From: the human T2T-CHM13v2.0 reference genome, Homo sapiens
Direction: 5' to 3' (one strand)
Assembly (NCBI RefSeq): GCF_009914755.1
Contig: NC_060938.1
DNA length: 64,000 nt
The notes under the pieces are model-generated. The model had not been told where the DNA came from. It worked only from the letters and a program-made list of their open reading frames with translations, and ran no database searches. Both the position numbers and the translations under genes were made by a program. Shown here piece after piece: positions 40,987 to 53,990 of the stretch (position 1 is its first letter; the number at the start of each line of letters is the position of its first letter).

Positions 40987-41676
40987 CTGACATGTATGAT
41001 GAATATATCAGCACATGGGTTAAGCAACAGACAGCATTATTAATATTCTCATTACATTATTACAATGCTATTCTTAATAGCAAGATATAAAACCATTTGC
41101 ACACCAAAGGGATTAACCCGGTGCATCACCTGGTGACGGGGATTTGGGACAAAGCAAACATTTCCAGGGAAGAGGCTTCCCCCACTCCCCGAAAAGGCAT
41201 CATCTCTACCATAGTACATATGTCCACAGCTTCCGACAGCAAAAGATTCAACCATGATCTTTCTTCTGTTGTGCATACACACAGGCGCTTGCACGCTCAC
41301 TCAACCCTGCCCCAGACAATGATTTTCATTGGTGGTTTTTAAGCCTGGTTGGGATTTCTTTGGTGTTTTCTGTTGGTGTTTCTTTGAACAATGTTTGTCC
41401 TTCACTTTGACAGTCAGCTGTACAAAGGTATTACTGTCAGATAACCCATTCAAGGTGGTTAAGCCTCCATCTATTTCATTTTTATTTTACCCGCTTCTAA
41501 TCCCATTCTTTCAGAACCCTTTCAATTCTCCCCTTACGCCATGTCGTTCATTTGCACTGAAAGCAAAAGGAAGTTGGAAAGTCTGATAAGTGGTAGGTGA
41601 TAAAATAGTTTGTTTCCTTTAACCACAGGAGGAAATTTCTGTGATCTGCATCCACATACATGTGCACGTGTGCACA

Positions 41677-41677
<1 letters not shown>

Positions 41678-41712
<35 letters not shown>

Positions 41713-41731
41713 ACACACACACACACACACA
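41678..41731. repeat. (CA)n microsatellite, (UG)n in the pre-mRNA
   Basis: About 27 units with one interruption. Confidence 0.95.
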
Positions 41732-43887
41732 CCCAGCCACCAGCCATGCCCAGGTATCGGTTACTCCAGAAAGTTCAGTTGTCAAATCTCATTCAGGGCA
41801 CTACAAAGGTGAGAAATAGGAGTAGAAAAGCCCTAATAAATCAGAGCATCCTGAAATCTGTAAAACTCAGGTTTAAACTTTTTTGCATTCTAAATGAGCC
41901 CCAGGACTGCTCTTGTATAAAGGAATGATACATCCCTCATGGTGCCAATTTCAGGAACCTCACTTTCTCCCAGGAAACAGCAGTGGTAGGGTAGATGGGA
42001 GGGGAAGGAAGCTCTTCCAAGCTCCATACTCTTCTCTGGAAGGACCGTAGGGAGGCTCCAGAGAAGTATTCGCCCACCTGCCTTAACAAGCACATCTCAT
42101 CTCATGGGCCAATGACACCTGTTTCTTCCCATGGTATCAACTATTTCAGGAACATTAGAGTCAGACCTTGACTAAATCATCTACCAAAACCAATCCTTGG
42201 CAAATGCAGTGAGAATACCTAGGCTGGTAGAAAATGGCTCCCTGAGCCACATAGCAGACAGAACCTTGGAGGGAAAGCTGAGGGAAGGTTGTGGAAAGAG
42301 GCTTTGCATAGAAAAAAACAACTTCCCACTCCTGACATCCCATGGCTTCGATTCTAGCACCCCTCTTTTGTAAGAAAGGAAGGGGAGAAATTACAGCAGT
42401 TTGCAATGAGAATTCTGAAGCTGCCCCCTCTAACCCATCCAAACCTACAGCAGTCCATAACGTGTTGCTTAGACCATCACTTCAAGTGACCTTGCTTCTG
42501 GAAGTAGAGATTTCATCTGATTGCTTGCTTTTAAAAAAACACTGCATTGAATTTCATCTGTTTTTTTTAAGTATCTTAAAAAAACAGAGTCCGCTATCAC
42601 AAGGGCCCTGTCTTCTACGCTAGCATCCATAGAATAAAAAATTCAATGTTAGGTACCATGTTTGGAAAGTAAATGAACTGACAGAATTGCACAAATGGAC
42701 CACCCTTGAGAGTCACACGTTGAGGGTTGTGTGCAGCAGAAACCACAGTCCTTTTAAAATTACTGATTTGCTACTCAAGCCAGCCTTAAGCCCTAAACAG
42801 CCCTACCATCAAAATATAAAAGGGCTAAAGCTAAGGTTTGCAGACAGAGCAAGGAAAGAGCTGAGTTGCTACAGTCAACCATGATGGGGTCATCTCAGTT
42901 CTTCTCTGGGGACTGGGAGTGAAAAAGACACTGGATAGAAAGGTAGAAAGGAGAAATGACTCCTCATTGCTGGAACAAAGCATCCAACCAAACTGTTTCA
43001 CCTACTCATATCAGGGGCTGATGAGACTAAAAATGGGGTTGAAATTCCCTCCTCCCTGCCTCACACTGTGGTCTAGTGCTGACATAATACAATATGAAAA
43101 ATAGGTAGTACCAACCAACCATGGCCAGCCAAAAATAATGGTTTGGTTAGAACTAAAAAACAAAACAACCATTTGAACATAACCTGAAGACCTGAATTCA
43201 TTTTAAGAATGAAGGAACAAGACCAAAAGTCTCTTTCTGTTATTTTAGTCTTTGGATAGGTTAAAATATAAACATATACACCAAATCAACTGCAGATTAG
43301 CCCTAGGAATGCCTGTCCTTTTGCCTCATTGATCTATCGGGGTCTCTTCTGTTCTGTTTTAGAAAATGAGATTAGTGGCCAATGGCGGTGGTGTTTATGC
43401 AGCTAGCCAGGAGCCCGGGGATCTCTGACTCCCACAATTCAAGATGTGGTTGCTCTCCGAATACTCATGTTTCCACACCACACCACACTCTTCGGGTTTG
43501 CCCTAGGCACTTCCACAGAACAAACTCATCTTTCTGTTACATGTGCATCATCCACTACAAGAAAGCACGTTGCCTTCTCTCCAGGTTTTTCCACTCTACC
43601 TCGCTGTGGTCCGTAAAAACACGCACAAAGAAATATGCACCTCATGGAAAGGCCAGACACAAACCCAAAACTTCTCTTTGCCCTTTCCCCCGGATCCTAG
43701 GGCATAACTTTTGGTTCTTGAGACCCAAAGAAGAAAAATATCAGAATGAGCTGAAAACTCCTCTCCACTCGAAAGCATTGCCACCATCGCTTCCCTCTCC
43801 AGTCTCCAGCACCACAAGATGGAAGAGGAATGCAAGAGGAGCATTCCTGGTCTACGGGCACCCGGTGTGGGAAGGGGCCACACTCAC

Positions 43888-44016
43888 CAGAGCGTCCACA
43901 GTCTGCGCAGGACACCAGCTCTTCAGGCCGCCCACTCTTCTTGTTCATGTTGGAGCCCCCCAAGCAGAAGTCACAGTAGTTATTGGGAATGACTGTTCCA
44001 TCCGGTCCTTTCTGGG
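43888..44016 (-). CDS. DPF3: DPF3 internal coding exon (N-terminal half of PHD1; ~exon 8), 129 nt, phase 1/1
   Basis: Encodes PQKGPDGTVIPNNYCDFCLGGSNMNKKSGRPEELVSCADCGRS+G. Acceptor gttcccacag|CCCAGA; donor TCTG|gtgagt. In frame with the upstream exon (C|CC = Pro). Confidence 0.97.
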
Positions 44017-46148
44017 CTGTGGGAACATTTAAAACATTCCAATTTCAGGCTTACATGAGTTTCAACTGCCCCTTCTTCTCCTCCTACAGTGTGGTAGAAT
44101 CTGCTCCAGAAGGAATCTGAGGTTTTATTATAACCAAGTTGGCAAATTGGGCTACGCTTTCTTTTGGATCCTTCCGGGTTTAATGGTACTAATAATATCT
44201 TGCAAGTCACCCAGAGTTTAATTTTTAGAGTATTCCCCAGCTCTGTGTTGTTGCAGAAATCACCCTGCTCCTCTGATTGCATCCTTAGATGATCAAACCA
44301 TCCAGAAGAGGTACTGGTCAAGTGAACTACTCTCAGCCCTAAACAATCAGCCCTGTGGGCCCAGGCCCCAGGCATCAGATGGAAACCACACACCATGGTG
44401 TGAGGACAGGGAGAGGAAAGAGCCAGTGCCTGGACCTTGCCATTGGGAACAGTGCTCTTGTTTAGGAGATATTCTTCCTGTCCCTGAAATGGAAAACAAA
44501 GAAGCACTGATGGGAGGTCATTTCCAGGAATAACACCAAAGATGCTCTTGGGGACTTGGACAAACAACTTGGTGGAGTATCAATCTCCCTGAAGGGGAGT
44601 CTCATCTCCCTGAAGTCCAGACCCATTGATCATGGAAAGTGCCCAAGACCCCAAGTGCCTAAAATCAGAACTAGACCCAGGCTTCTAGGCACTTGGCTCA
44701 GCCTCATGCCAGAGATGGATTAAACGGTGAGTTACTGAGCATGTCTTTAGGCTTAAGACCGTCACGAATAACTGAACACACTAACTTCAAAACCCACTCC
44801 TGCTGGAGGTCCTTAAACAAAAGCAAAGAAAAATCTTAGGACATGACTTTGAAAACAAAGCCTGTGAGGAGAATAGCACCTGTCCTTATGCACCAAAATC
44901 ATTCCATTTCCAGGGGCTGCTTGAGAAGCCTTGAACAGATTATTTGCATGGAGAGAAATACTTCCCTTTTTCTGTTTCTCCCTCCCTATTGCGGGCATTT
45001 CTTTGTCATATTCACACTCCCTGTTTGTAACTAAGAAGAAAAGTCTTTCTGTTTATGGGATCAGCCCTAACCACCCAAGTATCTTCCTCCTCACCAGACC
45101 CAGTGTCTGCTGCTGCCTTTCATTATTCACTGGCTAACGTTAATCAGGGTCCCATACGGTACAAATCTGAAAAAGGAAGCAGAGATGTGAGCAGAAATAC
45201 CATCCAGACAGTAAGTGATAAACGGATTCACCCACTTTAATGTGATTCCCTCTGGCCTCCACTTCCTCCATGCCTCTGCTTTGCCTCCAGGAATAGAAAA
45301 CCTACCTGGGGAAGGCGGAAGACAAAAGCTAGAGGAATTTCATTATAGAGGGTTAATCCATTTATCAGTTGCTATTTGGATTGTTTAATTGGTTTCTAAG
45401 TCATTGATTTCCATCTTCAGGGAGGCAGACAATTCTCTGCAAGAAGTGTTAGCTGTTTGGGGGACACAGAGGAGCTGGCCACATTCTGGGGTCTGTTCAG
45501 TGTAGGCTTGTCTTCATCAGTCCCTGGATCTCAAACACATTTGCATGGCATACAGAATGCTTTTGCAAATAATCTCCAAAAAGCAGTATATCTGCAAATA
45601 TTTTACTCTGCCTATAAATTTTCATTGCCCAAATCCAGAAGTACCAGAGTCCCCTTCTCCCTTCTCCCTCAATTGCCATCTTAGTCATTTTTAGAACTCT
45701 CCTAAGAAAATCCAAGCATCTCTATGAAGCAAATAAACTCAGGGTTTCCTCAACAAGATATGGATGGAAAACTATCAAATGGTGAACAGAAAGAAGAGAT
45801 AGGGTATACTAAATTTAGGGGCTGAGGGTAAACCAAAGTTAAGTGTCATGATTGATATGAGCTAGATATAAAATGTGGAGATGCCAGTTGTTACTTAGGT
45901 AGCTTCCTGTATGGAAGGCAATCAGAGAATCCCATATATATCATTCATAAAAACTTACAGGGGGCCTAGTCTCCTCAGCTGTCTCTCTCCTATACTCTTA
46001 GGGACTTCCTATAATTTTCAATTTCCTCCCCATTCACAAGATCTTTAAGCAACTAAAGAATCTGATTTTCTCCAACACACTGTCTCCCTCATGACGTATG
46101 AGGATGAGTAAGTAAAATATAGAGTATAAAAGCTTGCAGATTAATTCT

Positions 46149-46511
46149 TGATATGGTTTGGCTGTGCCCCCACCCAAATCTCATCTTGAATTGCAGCTCC
46201 CATAATCCCCACATGTCATGGGAGAGACTGAGTAGGATATAATTGAATCATGGGGGCAGGTTTTTCCCTAGCAGCTCTTGTGATAGTGAATAAGTCTCAT
46301 GGCATCTGATGGTTTTAAAAGGGGCAGTTCCCCTGCACATGCTCTCTTGCCTGCTGCCATGTAAGATGTGCCTTTGCTCCTCCTTTGCCTTCTGCCGTGA
46401 TTGTGAGGCCTCCCCAGCCAGGTGGAACTGTGAGTCCATTAAATCTCTTTGTCTTTATAAATCACCCAATCTCGGGTGTTTCTTCCTAGCAGATGAAAAT
46501 GGACTAATACA
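46149..46511 (+). mobile_element. THE1 (MaLR) solo LTR with 5-bp TSD ATTCT
   Basis: Starts TGATATGGTTTGGCTGTG, ends GGACTAATACA; ATTCT at 46144-46148 and 46512-46516. Confidence 0.93.
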
Positions 46512-48819
46512 ATTCTACACAGCATTCACTACCAACAGACCATTGGTAGAACACCCTATTGAATCAGGAACTCTAATACTACAAGAAATAAAAAATTAGA
46601 AATGATCTAGTAGAGCTAAGCAGGCAGTGATGGAAGAATTCAGCCTTCGTAAAAAGACCAAAGGAAAAGAATTGAATTCATCTGAAAAAGGGAAGCTTCT
46701 GACGAGATGGAGTCTGAGCAGCATCCTGTTGGCCATACAGAGTTCCTGTCCAAGGGGTGAGGGAGGTCCTAAAATCCCATGTATAGGCCCCGGTATGTGC
46801 AGGAGTGACATGCCAGGCCAGCTGGGGTGTGGAGGTACATTTTTAGTCTGGCAATGGCCCAGTATAGAAAGTGATCATGCACAGCTGTTTTATTTTTCAG
46901 AGAAATCATTTTTGCTTCAGTTTCTACTCTTTCTTACAACAGTGAGCTCAAAGCATCCTTCCATTGTGGTCAGATGGTGTGGAATGGACTAATTGCTTAT
47001 GCACCTGATTTTCTTAAACATTTTGGTACTTGGGATTAGTTTCAGAGCAAGGGTTCTCCCATGGAGCTCTCCCAAACTTCAGCTAAAACATATCAGTCAT
47101 GCCCTGGGGAGGGTACTGTTGATATCACCATTATGACCCTTGTTTATATTGAGTCTGTGTGCCTCCTCTCCCCGTTTCACATTATCATCTCTCCATATTA
47201 AATAGGTCTACTCCTTCAGGTTGGAGACCAGGTCTAACCCGTTGTTGGAACCCCTACAATCTGTGGGATGAGTGACTTTAGAGAGGGATGGCAGGGATGT
47301 TAGTGGGTGGCACAGTGATGCCCTGGGAGCACCGGATATCATTCACTGCCCCTGGTTTATTTCCCTACCAGAGGAGAGCTGGTCCATGTGTGCATGAATT
47401 GGTCTGTCACCTGGTCTCATGGCCAGCTCCCAGAGTACACAGAAGTCGGTAGCCAATGGCCCTGAGTCACTGGAAGAATAATACTGTACCCCTCCTGTGG
47501 GAGGCGAGACATCATTCTGCACCAAACACACAAGAACATAGAAGACAATGATTCATTGTCTCTTGAGAAGAGGATACCTGGTCATGCCTATCCACTCAGC
47601 TTCCCTTTTGTTCAACTGCGTATTGAAAGGAGAAGAAAAGGAAGCAGACATTTATCACACCACAAAACTGTGGCAAATCTTTTGCTGGATGCTTTATATA
47701 TGTTATTTCATTGATTCTTGCAAAAACTTTGTGAAGTAGGGAATTTTTTGACAGATGCAGTAACTGAAATCCAAAGAGATTAAAGCGCTGGCTCCAAGCC
47801 TCGGTTGGGCTCTTCGAAGGCAGGTTTCACCCCCAGTTTGTCTGTGTCCCCAGAGATTGTGCCTCTAATCACACTTCTCTGCCTCCTGGGAAGTCCAGAG
47901 GTAAACACTTTGCAGCCATACCTTGCATATAAAATATTTCATAAATCTCTTTAGAGTCAACCTGATTCGCCCAATATGATATTTACGAAGCCCAAAGCTA
48001 TAAAAATTATTGAGACCGGCCTGATAAAAGTGGAAATTCCCTTTGAACTTAAATTTAATGTCCCTACTACAGTAATCCATCCTGGGTGATCCTGTTTATT
48101 GTCATCTACTCTATGAAAACACTTCTCTGGAGAATTCCAGAGGCTCATGAAGGAATTTTTTTAAGTAAAGCTCACATCATGGCTAGGTTGGCCTATGGCC
48201 TGACCCAGCCATGAGCAATTTCCTGGTACTGTATATGAGATCATTATAAAAAAGATTTTACTACAAATAGGAAGCTCGCCCAGACCTTGTAAGTGGGATT
48301 TAAATAGAGATTTTGCTTCTGCTTATGGGAAATTGAGTCCCGCTTTATAGAATAAGATGACGGGGAGGGCAAAGACCCGACTGGCATCTCTATGGCAGCA
48401 TCTGCGATGATGGATGTGGTTTTCTGTTGATTAATGTTCATGGGCTGAGATCATATAAGAGATACAAGTAAGTTGCTGAGAAAATAAAGTGAGCCTTAAG
48501 AGTTTAGAAATCTACCTGAGGGAGATAACTCTAAAAAGCTCAAAGGAAAAAAAATGGAAATCAGGAACAAAGTTCATGAAGAAAGTAGAAGAAAAATAAC
48601 AGAAGGCAGGGAAGAGCATTCAGATAAATCAAAGCAAGAAAAATGAAAAGTGAAGCTTCACACAGCCCCATCACCACGCTCAGGGAAGCGAGAGCAGGCA
48701 TTCTGGAAAGGTATCAGTGCTCGCTACAGGATTTTTGAGTTAAATCAGGTTTTATGTCTATGGCAAACAAGGCCCCAAATCTTCCATAAAACTACCGCCC
48801 AGGCAGCACCGCCTCTCCC

Positions 48820-50510
48820 CCTCCCAGTCGGATCTCCGCTGTGGTGTGCCTGCCACTCACAGAAAGAATGACTGGCAGGGACAAACCAGCCGTCGGCAAC
48901 AGCCACTCGTCTGGGTTCTGCTGAGACCAGAGCTGCGTCCCAAGCATCCTAGGGAACAGGAAACTGGCCAGAAGTTCAGGCTCCTCCTTGGCACGTGCAC
49001 AAAAGCATGGCCTCACATCCTGAGCAGACGCTCTGACCACCTGCCAGGGCCTGGTGTGCACAAATGCGCGGCCACGCTCGGTGCCCACCACCCACCACCC
49101 AGCCCCAGCCCCAGCCCCAGCTGAGCAGCTCCATTTCTGGAGCCTGCTAGCCTGGGAAGTTGGGGTGCACAGCCCTTGGGGAATTCGGGGGCAGTGAGCA
49201 GAGCCCTCTGGGAAGAGATGCGCCTCTCCTCGCCCCTCTCGTTTGTTCCCCCCGCCACCCTCCACAGGCTGACAGTTCCCGTGTCCCTCTACAGGTCTGA
49301 CATGTTTCCATGGCAACCGGAATCCTGGGCTCCGGCAGCCTCCGCTCTTGCCACCTGTTATGACTTCATCTCTCAAGTGTAAAGCATGCTAGCCCCGTGC
49401 CACTTGGCTGTGCAGAGCGCATCTTCAGAGGACGACGGAGGGAAGGAAAGGGGAGAGGAAAGGAGGGAAAGCAGACAGGCAGCCCAGGCCGGCCAGGCGG
49501 GACGTGCTGGCTAGGCCAGTCCAGAGGAGGAAGCTTGGGGGCCGGAGATGAGAGGGTGGGGAGTAAGGGTGGACCCCGACGTGCCTTCCCTGCAGAATCA
49601 GGAGCAAGCCTCAGCTGGAGGCCACTGCCACAGCCTGCTACCTCGGCCTAGCCTTTAATGAGGGCTGCGGGAGGAGGGAGAGGCGGGCTGGGGAGACAAG
49701 GCGCCTGCGAGGAGCTCCGGCAGGCCCAGCGTGAAGCAGAGCCAGGAGAGGGTTAAAAGTGGCGTGATAGAGACTGTGGGGAAGGCTGGACCAGAGGGCA
49801 AAGGGAGCATCAAAGCCGGGATAAATGGCCTTAATTCTCATGCTCCCACTCGCTGGTCGTGTTTACTCATATAAATTATCCCCCAGGCCTGACACCTTTT
49901 TTCACTGCTTCCCTAGAACTGATGAAAAAATAAATCCCACAGATCCCAGGAATAAAAAGTGTGGGGCTTTCATTCAGGCTGGTTCTCCTTGGCCACTAAT
50001 AGCAACTCAGGTCCCGCCCCAGGGCTCCAGGAGGAAGACAAAGGAAGGCTTCATCCCAAATGTGGAGGGGCAGGGGGCCTGGAAGCCTGGCGGGGAAGCA
50101 GACAGTAGGGCCCGCTCCCCACAGGACCCTCCAATCGTCAGAGCCCTCGACGGCAGAGAACTCGCTCTCCCCACAGGCCATCTTGCCACCAGCTCTGAGG
50201 ACACCGTGAATATATGGGAAAGTAAAGGGGACTACGCTGGAGCGGATGCGGAAGGCGCTGAGGCCAGGGCTGCTGTCATGAGTCCTCACATTTATGGATG
50301 GGGCTGATAAACTGTCACACTCCGCACCGTCAAGGACAAGGTGAGAAGATGAGCTGGAATGGCAGCACATGCCACAGGAGAGCTGGAAAGGCAGGTGGCT
50401 AACAACGAAAGCCATGGCCAGAGGGCGGGCTTCTCTGGAGAGGCCTCTGCACACAGGGAAGGGCCCCTAGGCCCGGGGTTTTGACTGCGTTGCCGATCTA
50501 GAGGCAAGAG
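48820..50510. promoter_or_regulatory. GC- and CpG-enriched intronic segment (candidate enhancer or internal promoter)
   Basis: Visibly higher CpG density than flanks and no recognisable repeat. Function is inferred only. Confidence 0.35.
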
Positions 50511-51580
50511 AACACGCTAGGTGATGTCCTGAGGTCCCTTTCAGGCCTATTATTCAAGCATTATAATCAGGTGAAGAAAGAGACAGAAAAGCCAAGTTTT
50601 CCACACCCAGAGGAACCCAGCCTTTCATCACTGTTCTATACTCATGTAAATGCCTCTTTGCCTGTTACCCATGTGCTACCTGAGGGCACATGAGTAACAC
50701 CTGAGGGCAGGAACCATGTCCTTCACTGCGGTATCCCTGGCCCCTGGCCAGCAGTGAGTGACACAGAGCTGACAATCAATGCTGAGTGAAAGGATGGACA
50801 AATCATCACAGAGGCTTTTTGAGGGGAAAAAAAATCTGCCAGGCAAAGGGAAGTTAATGACTAGGAATTGAGTGGACGGAGAGTCCCCCGAGCACAGGGT
50901 GACCATCCTAAGTCCCTCTTATATCGGGGCACAGAAGAAGTGGGAAGGAGAAATATTGGAGCCCCTTGGAGAGAAGAAAGCTGTGGTGTGGAAAGCCACT
51001 GCATCTACCTCCCCCAGGAATCCTCTCTCTTAGGCATTTCTTAGTCAACCAGAATGGAAGGCATCAAGAATCCCCAGGCTCAGCTGGCCCCAGAGTCTTG
51101 AGACTCATTCTGTCTCTCACCAGGGACTCAGCAGGAGCCAGTGAGAACAGAGGCCCCATCTTGCTGCGTGTTTTGGTGACTGTAGAAATAATATAAATAT
51201 TTCAAAATGTGGCGTCAACCCTCCACCCTTCCTATGCCTGCCTTCTTTTCCTCCATCTTTATCCAATACTTACATCTTTAGATACAAACCTGGTGAATAT
51301 TTACTCCCAAAAACTGTGCCATAAAAGCAGAAAACATATCCACTCACACTGATGTCTCCATCCTGAGATGGATATATTTGGTGAGAGTTGTAATTTGCGG
51401 TTTGCCAAAAGGCCACAACAATTTGCCAGCAGTGTGTGCACCATGTCACCAGCTCTGGGGCTAGATGGTCACACGGCCCCCAAGGAATGTCCTTTGTGCT
51501 CCAGCTTTAGGTGGGCAACCCTAGGTCTGCCATTAATGCTTCGGAATAGTAAGAAAAAGACCAAGTAAAGCTTAGGAATG

Positions 51581-51881
<301 letters not shown>

Positions 51882-51921
51882 AAAGCTTAGGAATGTTCTC
51901 AGTGTTCATGACACTGAGATG

Positions 51922-51954
51922 AATATCTCATTACGTGACACGTAATGAGATATT
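51922..51954. repeat. Perfect 16-bp inverted repeat with a 1-nt spacer
   Basis: aatatctcattacgtg-a-cacgtaatgagatatt. Confidence 0.95.
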
Positions 51955-52649
51955 TCAGTTTTCCAGTGTTTGGTGATATGGGTCAGTTCATGCCCTGGTG
52001 TGGCAACTTGTGATTGCTACCAAATGAGTTTGTTGAAGGAGAAAATGTTAATTTGAGAGCAACTATATCAACCAGGCTCTGAACAAAGTGATGTCACTCC
52101 CCTTAATGAATTCCAGACAGCTTGGTGTGTTAGAGCTGGATGAGTTTTGTCTGTTTAAGTTGTCGGGATATTATTATCGACATAATTAGGATTCAACAAG
52201 CCCCTTGTTTTGCTTTGCCCAGCCGTGCCCTCTCAACCCTCTTCACTAGCACCACTGAACTCTGTCTGCAAGGGGACCAGCATTTTCTTTGTTCTTCAGA
52301 CAGAAAGCCGTATTTAAGAAAAGGGAAAGCATGAGCCTTCTGCTTTAGACCTGAGGATTTGGAAGGAATCAAGAGACCACAGAGTCTTGGGGCAGCACAG
52401 CCTGAGGATGGTGGCACACGCAGGGGCGCACTCCAAAAGCAGGCCGGGAAGTTGGTGCTGAGAGTCAGAGACGTCTGCCCTACATGGGATAGAGCATTAG
52501 GAAAAGAGCAAAAACCAAGGCTGCCCCTTCAATTTGACAGTACAACCTAACTCCTGGCCAGTTACCTGGCTCAGTGCATCCAAAAGAAAAAAGGAATTAA
52601 AAGGAAGTTGACTGACTGAACATCAGTCTTGGAAAGCTAGATTTCTGTA

Positions 52650-53132
<483 letters not shown>

Positions 53133-53620
53133 TCATGTCACCCGGAAGTCATTCACTTAATCTTCATCATAGCCTATGAGATAGATGCCATTAATGATCT
53201 GATGTTACATAGTGATCCATGAGGCATATGGAGGCTATGCAGCTCAGCTAAGGTCACACGTTAGTCAGTGGCTCACTTGGCTCTGAACCCAAGCAACCGC
53301 GCACCTGAGGGGAGGTGAGTCGGAGAGGTGGACACGCAGGGCCTCACAGGCTAGGGCTTCCCAGATTTTGCTGTGCAAATCATTTGGGGATCTCATTAAC
53401 AATCAGGTTGGAATTCATAGATCCAGGGTACAGCCTGAGATTCTACATGTCTTAAAAGCTCCCCTGGTAGGGTGGCCACGCATCCAGGTTTGACTGGGAC
53501 AGAGGGTTCTAGGGCGTGGGGCTTTCAGTGCTGTAGCTGGGCAAACCTGGACAAGCTGTCACCAAGCCCCAGGTGCTTCTGACCACACTGTCAGATGCAA
53601 AACACAGACCCACAAGATGA

Positions 53621-53990
<370 letters not shown>

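Noticed and set aside
43697-43887. Read-through of the half-PHD exon into the intron (GECGPFPHRVPVDQECSSC...WWQCF), Cys-rich and faintly PHD-like
   Set aside because: The donor gtgagt is strong, Cys/His spacing does not complete a PHD finger, and no PAS lies close by. Likely coincidence.
43382-44032. 216-aa plus-strand ORF, the longest in the track
   Set aside because: Partly antisense to a real exon, no homology recognised, random composition.
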